A stretch of 64,000 nt of DNA from the IMG/VR virus record IMGVR_UViG_3300020409_001194, positions 1-64,000 of that record; one strand, given 5' to 3'. The position numbers and the translations under genes were made by a program. The notes beneath the pieces were generated by a model, which saw only the letters and a program-made list of their open reading frames with translations, ran no database searches and was not told where the DNA came from. Below are positions 9,079-18,388 of the stretch, piece after piece (positions within the stretch are counted from its first letter, which is position 1; each line of letters starts with the position of its first letter). This stretch comes from a virus. Lineage: Duplodnaviria; Caudoviricetes.

Positions 9079-9516
9079 TTATCCTTGTAAATATGATAGC
9101 ATTGTCTTAGCATCAGATACTTCGAATGGGTCACCTTCGAAATTATCAGCTTTACCTTCTTCAGCAAACATCTTTACAATTTGTCCATCTTGAAGAACTG
9201 CTGAATAACGCCATGATCTTGAGCCAAAACCTAGATTTCTTTTACTGACTAACATATTAAGTTTATCTGTTAGATCACCATTACCATCTGCAATATACTT
9301 AACTTTAGAAACTCCTTGTTTCTCAAACCAAGCTTTCATTACAAATTCATCATTTACTGATATGCAATAAACTTCATCAACACCACAGTTTTTAATCTCA
9401 TCATATAGTTCTTCATAACCTGGTAAATGAGATGCAGAACATGTAGGTGTAAATGCACCTGGTAATCCGAAGACTACCACTTTCTTATCTAAAAATAGGT
9501 CTTTATATTGTGACAT
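9079..9516 (-). CDS. Peroxiredoxin (Prx5 type)
   Basis: LPGAFTPTCS, SVNDEFVMKAW, RSWRYS. Confidence 0.93.
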   Translation of the reverse strand: MSQYKDLFLDKKVVVFGLPGAFTPTCSASHLPGYEELYDEIKNCGVDEVYCISVNDEFVMKAWFEKQGVSKVKYIADGNGDLTDKLNMLVSKRNLGFGSRSWRYSAVLQDGQIVKMFAEEGKADNFEGDPFEVSDAKTMLSYLQG

Positions 9517-9557
9517 AATATTTCCTTTACTTTGATTGTATAGGTATTATACCTTGT

Positions 9558-10883
9558 TTAAGCAAAAAATTCTTCTAGTCCAGATGATTTTTTTACTATA
9601 AGAGTGTTTTTAGTTTTATTAATTATATCTGTATACACATCAATGGCATCACAATGTGATTTCCAAAACTCAAATGCTTTGTGTCTTTCTTCATCACGTT
9701 TAACATTATCTGTTGCATACTCTGAAAGTATATTTGCAACTGTATTGTAATCTGTACCTTCTTTATTTCTATGAGCCCATGTACCATAATCTCTTTGTTT
9801 AAAATCATCTGTCAGAAATATAGTACCACTATCTAAACAACTAATTACCGGATCACCTATCTTATTGTGAATTATATGAGCACCAAAATGTTCGTGAAAT
9901 ATAGGAACTGTACCAGCACCTAAACAATCTGAATGACAGTATTCTATATTAGCTCCGTACTGTTCAGGCTTGAGATGATATAGATCAGAACCAAACATAG
10001 ACTTTGCCATTCTTAACATCATGTCGTGGTGTTGATAACCTGGATATAGATAGGCACCTTTCATTTCTTCTTCAGCACCATATTCAAAGTCACCAGTTTC
10101 ACCATATTCTTTTTCAGGTCTAAACTTATTTACTACATTCCACCTTGTAGATGGATCGTTATCATCTTTATATAAGATACCTTTATATCCAATAGATGCT
10201 TCTAAACCTTCAAGTATTGTAATGAATCCTCTATGCATCATTTGTTCTTGATGAAAATCAATTAGTTGTTGTGGACCTTTCCAACCTGCAGATCTTCCAA
10301 CCCATCTTATAATCTTTTCTTGTTCTTCAATTGGCTGCCAATACTTTTCTTTATTCTCATCAAAATTATATCCTACACCCGCAGTTGTAATTGGAACTGT
10401 GATACCTTCTTTCTCACACCATTTAGCAAATGGGTTTGTAGTTGAATGAGTCATAATAACATCTAAACATTGTAATACTTCTTTCAGTTTAGCATTACGA
10501 TGAATTGATTGTATGTTATGGTCAACCTGAACAATGCTTTTATTAACATTAATTTTTTTTAATAACTCTATGAAGTTGTCGACACATTGTTCAGGGTGAC
10601 TTTTAGATGGAACAGAAAAGACAATCAAAGCTTCACACTTGTTAATCTCATCTATAACCTCAGTACAAGTCATTAGATCAGGAAACTTCTTAGTAGTTTT
10701 ACTAATCTCTGACCAATCTGCTCCTCTAAAATAGTTTACATCAAACTCCATGGAGTTTTGTCTTGGCCACACTTTATCCATAGTGGCATAGACTTTTACA
10801 CCCATAAGTTTTTGGAATTCTACAACATTCTTCGTGACACCGCAACCTTCAACACCACGACCCATAAGTACTGCTACAGTCAT
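9558..10883 (-). CDS. DNA alpha-glucosyltransferase-like glycosyltransferase (GT-B)
   Basis: N-terminal MGRGVEGCGVTK, SVPSKS, VDH, WVGR..GWKG, LEGLE, IEYCH, GTVPIF parallel T4 a-gt motifs. Confidence 0.8.
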   Translation of the reverse strand: MTVAVLMGRGVEGCGVTKNVVEFQKLMGVKVYATMDKVWPRQNSMEFDVNYFRGADWSEISKTTKKFPDLMTCTEVIDEINKCEALIVFSVPSKSHPEQCVDNFIELLKKINVNKSIVQVDHNIQSIHRNAKLKEVLQCLDVIMTHSTTNPFAKWCEKEGITVPITTAGVGYNFDENKEKYWQPIEEQEKIIRWVGRSAGWKGPQQLIDFHQEQMMHRGFITILEGLEASIGYKGILYKDDNDPSTRWNVVNKFRPEKEYGETGDFEYGAEEEMKGAYLYPGYQHHDMMLRMAKSMFGSDLYHLKPEQYGANIEYCHSDCLGAGTVPIFHEHFGAHIIHNKIGDPVISCLDSGTIFLTDDFKQRDYGTWAHRNKEGTDYNTVANILSEYATDNVKRDEERHKAFEFWKSHCDAIDVYTDIINKTKNTLIVKKSSGLEEFFA

Positions 10884-11785
10884 TTGTTTTTACCTCTTTC
10901 TAGATTATACTGATCTACACACATATCTTCTAAACTCTTTGTTAGTGTAATCTTATCTGATAGTTTATCTACAACAGAACATTCTGCATCACCATCACGT
11001 CTTTCAGTCTTTACAATATTTATGTTTTTACCTGTAGCTTTCTTAAAAGAATCAACAACTTCAAACACACTATAACCTGTGTTAGAACCAAGACATTCGT
11101 ATGGTGTATTTGTTGGACCATCTTTAACAGCATTACATATTGCATTTGCTAAGTCTACAACATGTACATAATCTCTAATACATGTACCATCGCGTGTATC
11201 ATAATCTGTACCGTATATTTCTAAATAATCTCTTTTACCACAAGCAACTTCAGCTGCAACTCTAATTAAATGTGTTGATGGACCTATTTGTTTGTGTACA
11301 CCATCTGAACCAGATACATTGAAGAATCTAAAGATTGTATAACCACTTGCTTTTTCTTTGATTATATCTTCAGCAGCAACTTTAGATTTAGCATAAGGTG
11401 ATGCCATTTCCCATGCGGCTGATGTAGATGCAAATATAATATGTGCTTGAGGAAATACTTCACATACTGCTAGTGTACCCATTACATTAGTCAGATAATA
11501 ATCTGCAGGTCTTTTCATACTTTCTGGTACTACAGACAGACCACCTAAATGTACAACTGCATCATAATCTGGCCATTGTTTTCCCATAGGAGTCTTTAAT
11601 GATTGACGTCTATATACTTCTAAAACACTGAAACCATGAAAATCATGTAAGTATTGACTTACATCATTCTTATCTTCGCCATGAACATCAACATCCAAGC
11701 CATCGATTTTTACACCTTGTTCATGTAGTATCTTACATACGTGTGAACCGATATAGCCATTACATCCTGTGACTAAGACGTGCAT
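10880..11785 (-). CDS. galE: UDP-glucose 4-epimerase
   Basis: TGCNGYIGSH, YAKSK, FRFFNVSG, GTDYDTRDGTCIRDYVHV. Confidence 0.9.
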   Translation of the reverse strand: MHVLVTGCNGYIGSHVCKILHEQGVKIDGLDVDVHGEDKNDVSQYLHDFHGFSVLEVYRRQSLKTPMGKQWPDYDAVVHLGGLSVVPESMKRPADYYLTNVMGTLAVCEVFPQAHIIFASTSAAWEMASPYAKSKVAAEDIIKEKASGYTIFRFFNVSGSDGVHKQIGPSTHLIRVAAEVACGKRDYLEIYGTDYDTRDGTCIRDYVHVVDLANAICNAVKDGPTNTPYECLGSNTGYSVFEVVDSFKKATGKNINIVKTERRDGDAECSVVDKLSDKITLTKSLEDMCVDQYNLERGKNK

Positions 11786-12180
11786 ACTCGTTTCCTTAAA
11801 TCTGAAGATGAGAATCTATGTTCTCTTTTATTAAAGTACAATGCTATACCTCGTTTCTTGCATATATCTTTTCCAGTAAAATCTTTTTCTTTATACTCTT
11901 CACCAAGAATTCTTACATCAATAGTATATAGTTCTAATATATCTTCTAAATCTTTTTCACTAGCATAGGGAATAATCTCATCCACATACTTAACTGCTTT
12001 TAGTTGTGTATATCTTTCTACAATAGTTTGTATTGGTGAGTTCTTTTCTTTTCTATCTAGTGATGGATCGACTTGTAAACCACAAATCAAATAGTCACAT
12101 TGATCTTTAGCATCTCTTAACATTTGTACATGACCAGCATGTAATAAGTCAAATGTAGAACAGGTGAAGCCGACTTTCAT
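11773..12180 (-). CDS. Cytidylyltransferase (TagD/glycerol-3-phosphate CT-like)
   Basis: TFDLLHAGH (HxGH), YVDEIIPY, FSSSDLR. Confidence 0.85.
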   Translation of the reverse strand: MKVGFTCSTFDLLHAGHVQMLRDAKDQCDYLICGLQVDPSLDRKEKNSPIQTIVERYTQLKAVKYVDEIIPYASEKDLEDILELYTIDVRILGEEYKEKDFTGKDICKKRGIALYFNKREHRFSSSDLRKRVCTS

Positions 12181-12247
12181 AATCTGATTATACCCCGAAT
12201 GGGAACATTATTTCTAATGCTCCCATTAATAACAAAAGACTTAGTTA

Positions 12248-12511
12248 TTATACTAAGCCTTGCGCAATTGCTTTGTAGCCTGCTGCTACTACGGCACGAG
12301 TTGGAGTACCCATACGGTATCTCAAAGCTCTTAGTCTGCTAGATTTAGCAGGTCTGTTTCCATAAATAGCAAAACCTTTATTTCTAAGGTTAGCAACTAC
12401 AGCAGTTGGGTTTGCCATGTTAAATCTGTCTCTCATTTGAGCAACAGTTAACTCAGCGCCATTTGAAAGAGCATCAATTACTTTCTGCTCTTGCGATTTT
12501 GTTTTAGCCAT
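12248..12511 (-). CDS. Small winged-helix-like conserved phage protein
   Basis: MAKTKSQ start with AAGGAG RBS; LT..Q...RF...NP.A.V..LR..GF.IY, YRMGTPTRAVVAAGY. Confidence 0.6.
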   Translation of the reverse strand: MAKTKSQEQKVIDALSNGAELTVAQMRDRFNMANPTAVVANLRNKGFAIYGNRPAKSSRLRALRYRMGTPTRAVVAAGYKAIAQGLV

Positions 12512-12658
12512 ATCAGTTTTCTCCTTACTTAGTGGTCTAAATAATATGTTAAATAATTTTAACATCACGAATAGATTATACTCTTTAATCGATTTTTTTT
12601 TATATTCTCTTAAAGTGGGTAAATATGTCCGCGGGTATACACGGGTAATAAATACTGT

Positions 12659-13972
12659 ATGATGAAATGGTTGCTACTTCCTGTAGCCTTAACAATATCC
12701 GCGATCGCAGCTTTCTATTCAATCTATGGATTAGTAGCAATCTTCGCAGCGGCAGTAATACCTATTATTATCATGGGTGTGGCCCTTGAGATAGGTAAAC
12801 TAGTATCTGTTGTATATCTACATCAATATTGGGAGGAAACTAAATTACTCTTAAAGAGCTATCTAATAGTGGCTGTCGCACTCTTAATGTTTATTACATC
12901 ATTAGGTATATTTGGATTTTTGTCAAAAGCACATGTAGAACAAGCATCTCTATCAGAAGAACAGATAGCTTTAATAGAACAGTTAGAAGATAAAGAGATT
13001 AGATCAGAATTAAAGATTGAGAGATGGGAGAAAGAACTTACAAAGCTTTTAAACAATGAAGATACACGTGTAGACACTCTCATAGGAAATGAGCAAGAGC
13101 AACTTAATAACATATATGATAGAATTGAAAGAGAAAAGAATTCTGCCAATGAAGCATACAACCAGAAAGTAAGAACTATAAATGAAACCATTACTGGTTT
13201 TGGTTCAAATGCTAGAAAGACTGAGCAGATTGAAATAGCTAATGCAGAATTAAAGAAAACAATAAATGATATTGATGCTAAATATAAAGATGAGATAAGT
13301 GAATTACAAGATGTAATTAAAGGTTATAGAAATCAAGTCACTGAAAAAACAGATGACATAGATATAAAGATAGAAGAACTAGAAACACGCATTGAGAGTG
13401 AACAGAAAATTATTGATGTTGTCATAGAAGAAAAAGCAGTTTATGAAAAACAATACAGAGCGCTTGAAGCAGAAGTCGGCCCGATTAAATATATTGCGGA
13501 ACTCATCTATGGTGAAACTGACAAGAGTTTACTTGAAGATGCTGTAAGATGGGTTATTATAATATTGGTTATTGTGTTTGACCCTCTAGCGGTTGCGTTA
13601 TTAATAGCATGGAATGATATTATAAAACGCGAATCTCCAAGGCCTAAGCCAAAACCAACAGAACCAGAACCTACTCTTAACGAGTTAGCAGAAAAAAAAA
13701 CTGAAGAACCCGAAGAAGTAGAACCTGAGATTGATAAGGATTATGAGAAAAATACTTATCACAATGTTTTAGGCGTCAAAGTAAAAGAGAATCCTAAAAC
13801 ATTAAAAGAATTTATGAAAGAAACACCCGATTTCTTTGCTCAATTGGCTGATGAAATGGGTGGAAGAATAGATTATGATAGTGAAGCGGCTCAGATAGAA
13901 GTTCCTGAAGATGTATTGGAACAACTACCTGATGGTACTTATAGAAAGAAAGTGAGCCGTACTAGAATATAA
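12659..13972 (+). CDS. Membrane-anchored coiled-coil protein
   Basis: Three N-terminal TM segments, long coiled coil, EAEVGPIKYIAE, TM with VFDPLAV, Pro/Glu-rich tail. Confidence 0.7.
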   Translation: MMKWLLLPVALTISAIAAFYSIYGLVAIFAAAVIPIIIMGVALEIGKLVSVVYLHQYWEETKLLLKSYLIVAVALLMFITSLGIFGFLSKAHVEQASLSEEQIALIEQLEDKEIRSELKIERWEKELTKLLNNEDTRVDTLIGNEQEQLNNIYDRIEREKNSANEAYNQKVRTINETITGFGSNARKTEQIEIANAELKKTINDIDAKYKDEISELQDVIKGYRNQVTEKTDDIDIKIEELETRIESEQKIIDVVIEEKAVYEKQYRALEAEVGPIKYIAELIYGETDKSLLEDAVRWVIIILVIVFDPLAVALLIAWNDIIKRESPRPKPKPTEPEPTLNELAEKKTEEPEEVEPEIDKDYEKNTYHNVLGVKVKENPKTLKEFMKETPDFFAQLADEMGGRIDYDSEAAQIEVPEDVLEQLPDGTYRKKVSRTRI

Positions 13973-13991
13973 GGAAATATAATGTTTTAAG

Positions 13992-14273
13992 ATGAAAGAG
14001 TTTATGCTATTACTATCCGAGTTTGGGCTGCCTGTAGCTGGTGCAGTGGTAATGGGCCTGTTCATTTACATTATATTAAGATATATTTTAGATTCTGTAG
14101 TTAGTCAAACTAAAACTTTAAAATCCATAATAATGCAACTAGATAATCGTGTTAAAAACATGAATAATGATATGATAAAACTCGATATGGAAATCACACA
14201 TGTTCTTGGATTGAAACCAGATGATGTAAGAATTTCTAGATCTAATGGTAAAGAAGATGCGAGAAGAGATTAA
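13992..14273 (+). CDS. Small membrane protein (curli-cassette associated, paralog 1)
   Basis: FGLPVAGA TM helix then LDNRVKNMNNDMIKLD. Confidence 0.65.
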   Translation: MKEFMLLLSEFGLPVAGAVVMGLFIYIILRYILDSVVSQTKTLKSIIMQLDNRVKNMNNDMIKLDMEITHVLGLKPDDVRISRSNGKEDARRD

Positions 14274-14542
14274 TGAAATTGTTTATCGAAATTTTAAGCG
14301 TATATGGTTTTCCAACTTTAGCCGCAGTTGCTATGGGTTGGTTTATCTGGTTTGTATATAACTTCACAACAAAAAATATTAAAAAGAATTTAAGTGAAAC
14401 TCACACTACACTTATCGCTCTCTTAGATAGAATCAGAATGTTAGACAATGACATAATCAGATTAAGAGCTAAATTAGATGCTGTTATTCAGATGAAAGAG
14501 AACGAAAAGGTTCCAACAGAAGCAGAAGAAACTAATAAATAA
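14273..14542 (+). CDS. Small membrane protein (curli-cassette associated, paralog 2)
   Basis: YGFPTLAA TM helix then LLDRIRMLDNDIIRL; similar to preceding ORF. Confidence 0.65.
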   Translation: MKLFIEILSVYGFPTLAAVAMGWFIWFVYNFTTKNIKKNLSETHTTLIALLDRIRMLDNDIIRLRAKLDAVIQMKENEKVPTEAEETNK

Positions 14543-14545
14543 TAT

Positions 14546-15061
14546 ATGATTAAAGCACATTTTATAACAGGTGTGCTGCGAACTTGGGTTGTTATGTTAT
14601 TTGCGGTGACGTTGGCAGCCCTATCTACAACTAATCTCAACGCCAGTGAGCTTCACTTTGAGTTTGGCAACCCTGCATTCTCAAAACACGGCTACTCATC
14701 CCATGTCTTATCTATAGAACAACTCAATTATTCACGTCAAAGAGATGTAGAGAAAGATAAGAAGTCAGCCGATGCCGCTGCTCAGAGAGAAATAGACAAT
14801 ACAACAATTAATAAGTTCATTAAGAATGTTGAATCTCGTATTTATGCTAACTTATCTAAGCAATTGGTTGATAATATGTTTGGTACTAACTGCGTAAACA
14901 CATCAGAAATAACTTGTGAAACTTCAGGTACAGCAGTAGTTGAAGGTGCTACAATTTACTGGGTAAGAGATGATACAACGGAGACTATTAGTTTAACAGT
15001 CACAGATGAGACCGGTAATGTCACAACGATCACCGTGCCCATTGGAGACTTTCTATTCTAA
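14546..15061 (+). CDS. csgF: Curli assembly protein CsgF-like
   Basis: Signal peptide then ASELHFEFGNPAFS; F...VESRIYANLS.QL; ends TTITVPIG. Confidence 0.8.
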   Translation: MIKAHFITGVLRTWVVMLFAVTLAALSTTNLNASELHFEFGNPAFSKHGYSSHVLSIEQLNYSRQRDVEKDKKSADAAAQREIDNTTINKFIKNVESRIYANLSKQLVDNMFGTNCVNTSEITCETSGTAVVEGATIYWVRDDTTETISLTVTDETGNVTTITVPIGDFLF

Positions 15062-15078
15062 TAGAAGAATGAACTTAT

Positions 15079-15891
15079 ATGAAGATACTTTTAGCTATAT
15101 TACTGTCAGCAATAATTACGGGTTGTGTAAGCACACCTGACAGGATAGACTATTATCAAGATCTTCCGCCTCAACAACATGCTACACCAACATCAGAATT
15201 ACTAGTTAAGCTTCCACCATTAGATGGTGATATTATAACCATTGCAGTATATTCATTTATGGATGAAACTGGTCAAAGAAAACCTAGTGAAAAGTTCTCA
15301 CAGCTGTCAACAGCCATTTCACAAGGTGTAGATGTATGGGTAATACAAGCTTTAAAAGAAGCGGGTAATGGTACATGGTTTAAAGTTGTAGAAAGAATGG
15401 GATTGGATAATGTAATAAAAGAAAGACAACTTATAAGAAGTACAAGAGAAGCTTATGATGGAGAACAAAAGAATTCACTTAAACCTTTAATATTTGCAGG
15501 CTTAATATTAGAAGGTGGAGTTGTTGCCTATGATACTAACGTAGAAACAGGCGGTAACGGTGCAAGATACTTTGGCATTGGTGTATCCGAAGAATATCGG
15601 GTAGATCAAGTCACTGTCGCTATGAGAGTAGTTGCTGTTCAGACTGGTGAAGTTTTACTTACCGTTTCAGGTACTAAAACAATTGCTAGTCATAGATCAG
15701 GAACTGATGTTTTTAGATTCTTAGATATGGGAACTAAGGCTTTAGAAATAGAAAGCGGAGTCGCTATGAATGAGCCAGTAAATTACGCGATACGATCCGC
15801 AATTGAGTATTGCGTAATTGAAGTAATTAAACAAGGTGCAGATCAAGGTCTGTGGAAAATAAAGGAGGAAAACAATGAAACAATTCATTAA
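15079..15891 (+). CDS. csgG: Curli secretion channel lipoprotein CsgG
   Basis: Lipobox ITGC; AVYSFMDETGQRK, STAISQG, WFKVVER, ERQLIR, GGNGARYFGIG, YRVDQVTV, NEPV. Confidence 0.93.
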   Translation: MKILLAILLSAIITGCVSTPDRIDYYQDLPPQQHATPTSELLVKLPPLDGDIITIAVYSFMDETGQRKPSEKFSQLSTAISQGVDVWVIQALKEAGNGTWFKVVERMGLDNVIKERQLIRSTREAYDGEQKNSLKPLIFAGLILEGGVVAYDTNVETGGNGARYFGIGVSEEYRVDQVTVAMRVVAVQTGEVLLTVSGTKTIASHRSGTDVFRFLDMGTKALEIESGVAMNEPVNYAIRSAIEYCVIEVIKQGADQGLWKIKEENNETIH

Positions 15892-16561
15892 CCTTATATT
15901 ATTATCAGTCTTGTTTACAGGTACATTATGGGCGAATGATATATATGTCACTCAAAGTGGTAATACACTTGACTTAGATATCACACAGGATGGACAAAAC
16001 AATACTGTTGGTAATTCTACCACATCATCATCGGTTGTAGGTGCTACATCTACTATTGATATTGATCAGGTAGGAAACTCTAACGTCCTTACATTTGATG
16101 TTAACGGTGATACATACACCGGAACATTCAATGTCACAGGTGATAGCAACAATATTGACTTTAACTGTGATAGCACAGGGAACAATTCCTCATGTGCAAC
16201 AGTTACGTCCAGTATAACATGGGTAGGTTCCAGTAACGATTTAGACATCGATATTGGAGAGACTGCTGATGCCGCAAACGGTGCAGTGACTATAACAGGA
16301 GCCAGTGGTTCTGATTCAAACGTTATAGCTGCGACTGTTGATGGTACATCTGCAATCTTAACACTAACTGTAAACGGTGATACAAATAACTGGTTGATAG
16401 ATATTGATGGTAATGGAGATATTAATGGCCATACATTAATCCATTCTCATACAGGCGGTATTGCCGATGTAGATATAGTTCAAAGTGGTGTTTATGACAA
16501 CATAATAAACTTAACTACAAGCGGTAATAATGCTGATATCGATATAAGTCAAACAGACTAA
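15875..16561 (+). CDS. Secreted curlin-like repeat protein 1
   Basis: Signal peptide; repeats of I.Q.G..N / V.G..N.I.I (TQDGQNN, DQVGNSN, TGDSNN, VQSGVYDN). Confidence 0.7.
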   Translation: MKQFINLILLSVLFTGTLWANDIYVTQSGNTLDLDITQDGQNNTVGNSTTSSSVVGATSTIDIDQVGNSNVLTFDVNGDTYTGTFNVTGDSNNIDFNCDSTGNNSSCATVTSSITWVGSSNDLDIDIGETADAANGAVTITGASGSDSNVIAATVDGTSAILTLTVNGDTNNWLIDIDGNGDINGHTLIHSHTGGIADVDIVQSGVYDNIINLTTSGNNADIDISQTD

Positions 16562-17688
16562 TGAGAACTCTATACAGAGTCATTGCCTTTTTGATAGGCG
16601 CTTGTGCTTTACTCTTATATGGTAAGGAGATTAATGCACAGACTATAGGAGATGTAATTCTTCAAGAAGGCAATGCTGTTATAGAACAAAGTGGTGAAGA
16701 GAATATATCTGTTGAAGGTTTAGATGTATTTTCCTATGATGTCGTTAAGACTGGAAATGGTAAGACTGCTATATCCTTTATTGACGACACTCGCGTGGAT
16801 GTCACTGAACATTCAAAACTTATAATAGATGAGTTTGTATATGACCCTGCAAATAACAAAGGGTCACTCTCAATAAAAGCGACTTTAGGTACCGTACGTT
16901 ATGCTTCTGGTCAAATAGCAAAGAAGTATGCACAGAACGTAAATATCGAAACACCAACTGCCACCATCGGTGTAAGAGGTACTGACTTTAGTATGACTGT
17001 AGATGAGATTGGTGGTTCAACAATAATCCTTTTGCCGTCATGCGATACACGGGGTTATTGTTATGTAGGTGAAATTGAAGTAGAGACAGATGCAGGTTTT
17101 GTTATTATGAATCAAGCATTTCAGGCAACTGTAGTCACGACTGGTGAATCAAAACCAATGAAGCCAGTAATTTTAGATTTAGATGAAAACATGATTGGTA
17201 ATTTATTAATAATACAAAAGCCTCAAGAGATTGTAGCTGAGCAACAAAGAGCTGAATATAACGAAGTTGCTAATGCATTAGATATAGACTTTTTAGAATT
17301 TAATGATTTAGAAGTAGATGAATTAGAAATAGATAACGATACATGGTCAACAGGTTTAGATATAGATTTTTTAGAACAGAATTTTTTAGTAGATGTATTA
17401 GCACAAATAAACAAAGAACTTGCTAAGGCAATGAGAAGTGAGTTTGTAAAACAAGAAGAAGCTGCAATTGATGGTGTACAATTAGGTAAGGACCCAGAAA
17501 CAGGTATCATAATATTAGATGAAGACCCTGAATGGGTATATGCAAGAGAAGGTGCAGCAACATATTTTGAATTAAGATTAGATAAAGAATATGGTTATGT
17601 AATTAGTTTTATACAAGAAGATTTTGAAGTATATGACTATGAATTAGGTGGACAAGGAAATGAAATCAGGATTTACCAAAGTAATTAG
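16561..17688 (+). CDS. Secreted FecR-domain protein
   Basis: Signal peptide; D.V.TG, F.DDT.V.V.EHS.L.IDEFVYDP, IETPTATIGVRGTDF. Confidence 0.85.
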   Translation: MRTLYRVIAFLIGACALLLYGKEINAQTIGDVILQEGNAVIEQSGEENISVEGLDVFSYDVVKTGNGKTAISFIDDTRVDVTEHSKLIIDEFVYDPANNKGSLSIKATLGTVRYASGQIAKKYAQNVNIETPTATIGVRGTDFSMTVDEIGGSTIILLPSCDTRGYCYVGEIEVETDAGFVIMNQAFQATVVTTGESKPMKPVILDLDENMIGNLLIIQKPQEIVAEQQRAEYNEVANALDIDFLEFNDLEVDELEIDNDTWSTGLDIDFLEQNFLVDVLAQINKELAKAMRSEFVKQEEAAIDGVQLGKDPETGIIILDEDPEWVYAREGAATYFELRLDKEYGYVISFIQEDFEVYDYELGGQGNEIRIYQSN

Positions 17689-18388
17689 TTTTTTAATAAT
17701 TATTATTATAGCCACTATATGGTCAGATCAGGCTAAGGGCAGTGACATATATGTATCACAATCAGGAGATAACTTCACTTTAAATATAGATCAAGATGGA
17801 GATAATCATCTTATTCGTGGTTATCATAATCAAACCGCTAGTATACAAGGTAGCAATAATGATCTCAGAATTAGACAACGTTCATCTATTACAACTGGTA
17901 CATTTTCCACAGCACATGTAGATATTAATGGTAGCAATAACGACATATACATGGGTATGGGTTGGGGTACTACAAACTTTAATAACTTTAATGCTACTGA
18001 TCATCAAGAGGCTGGTAATCATAATCAAAAATTATATCTACAAGGTTCTAATAATGATATTTACATGGGTCAAAGAAATGGTTCACCAAGTCAAGCATAC
18101 AGTCCACATAATATAGATTTAAAAATATACAGTGATAATAATAATGTTGGAATATTTCAAGGTCATGATGGTTCAAAAACAATGAACTTAACTATCAATA
18201 ATGATAATAATAATGTGACTGCTTATCAATTAGGTTATAACTCCACACACAGTGCTACAATAACATTAGATGGAAACTATGGTACTAACTTATATTTGAA
18301 TCAAAACAATGGATATTCCAGTCATTCATATACACTTAATCAAACATGTATGAATTCAAATGGATGTAGTGTGACTGTAAATGACTAA
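17648..18388 (+). CDS. Secreted curlin-like repeat protein 2
   Basis: Signal peptide; SDIYVSQSG start like ORF 15875; repeated GSNND(L/I), NNNV; Asn/Gln/Gly rich. Confidence 0.7.
   Translation: MDKEMKSGFTKVISFLIIIIIATIWSDQAKGSDIYVSQSGDNFTLNIDQDGDNHLIRGYHNQTASIQGSNNDLRIRQRSSITTGTFSTAHVDINGSNNDIYMGMGWGTTNFNNFNATDHQEAGNHNQKLYLQGSNNDIYMGQRNGSPSQAYSPHNIDLKIYSDNNNVGIFQGHDGSKTMNLTINNDNNNVTAYQLGYNSTHSATITLDGNYGTNLYLNQNNGYSSHSYTLNQTCMNSNGCSVTVND

Noticed and set aside
9545-9570. TTTGCTTA near TATAAT as MotA-type middle promoter
   Set aside because: Spacing to the -10 element is too short for the T4 consensus and no motA is visible.
13692-13700. A9 run in the coiled-coil membrane gene as frameshift or phase-variation site
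   Set aside because: ORF reads through intact and such runs are expected in AT-rich DNA.
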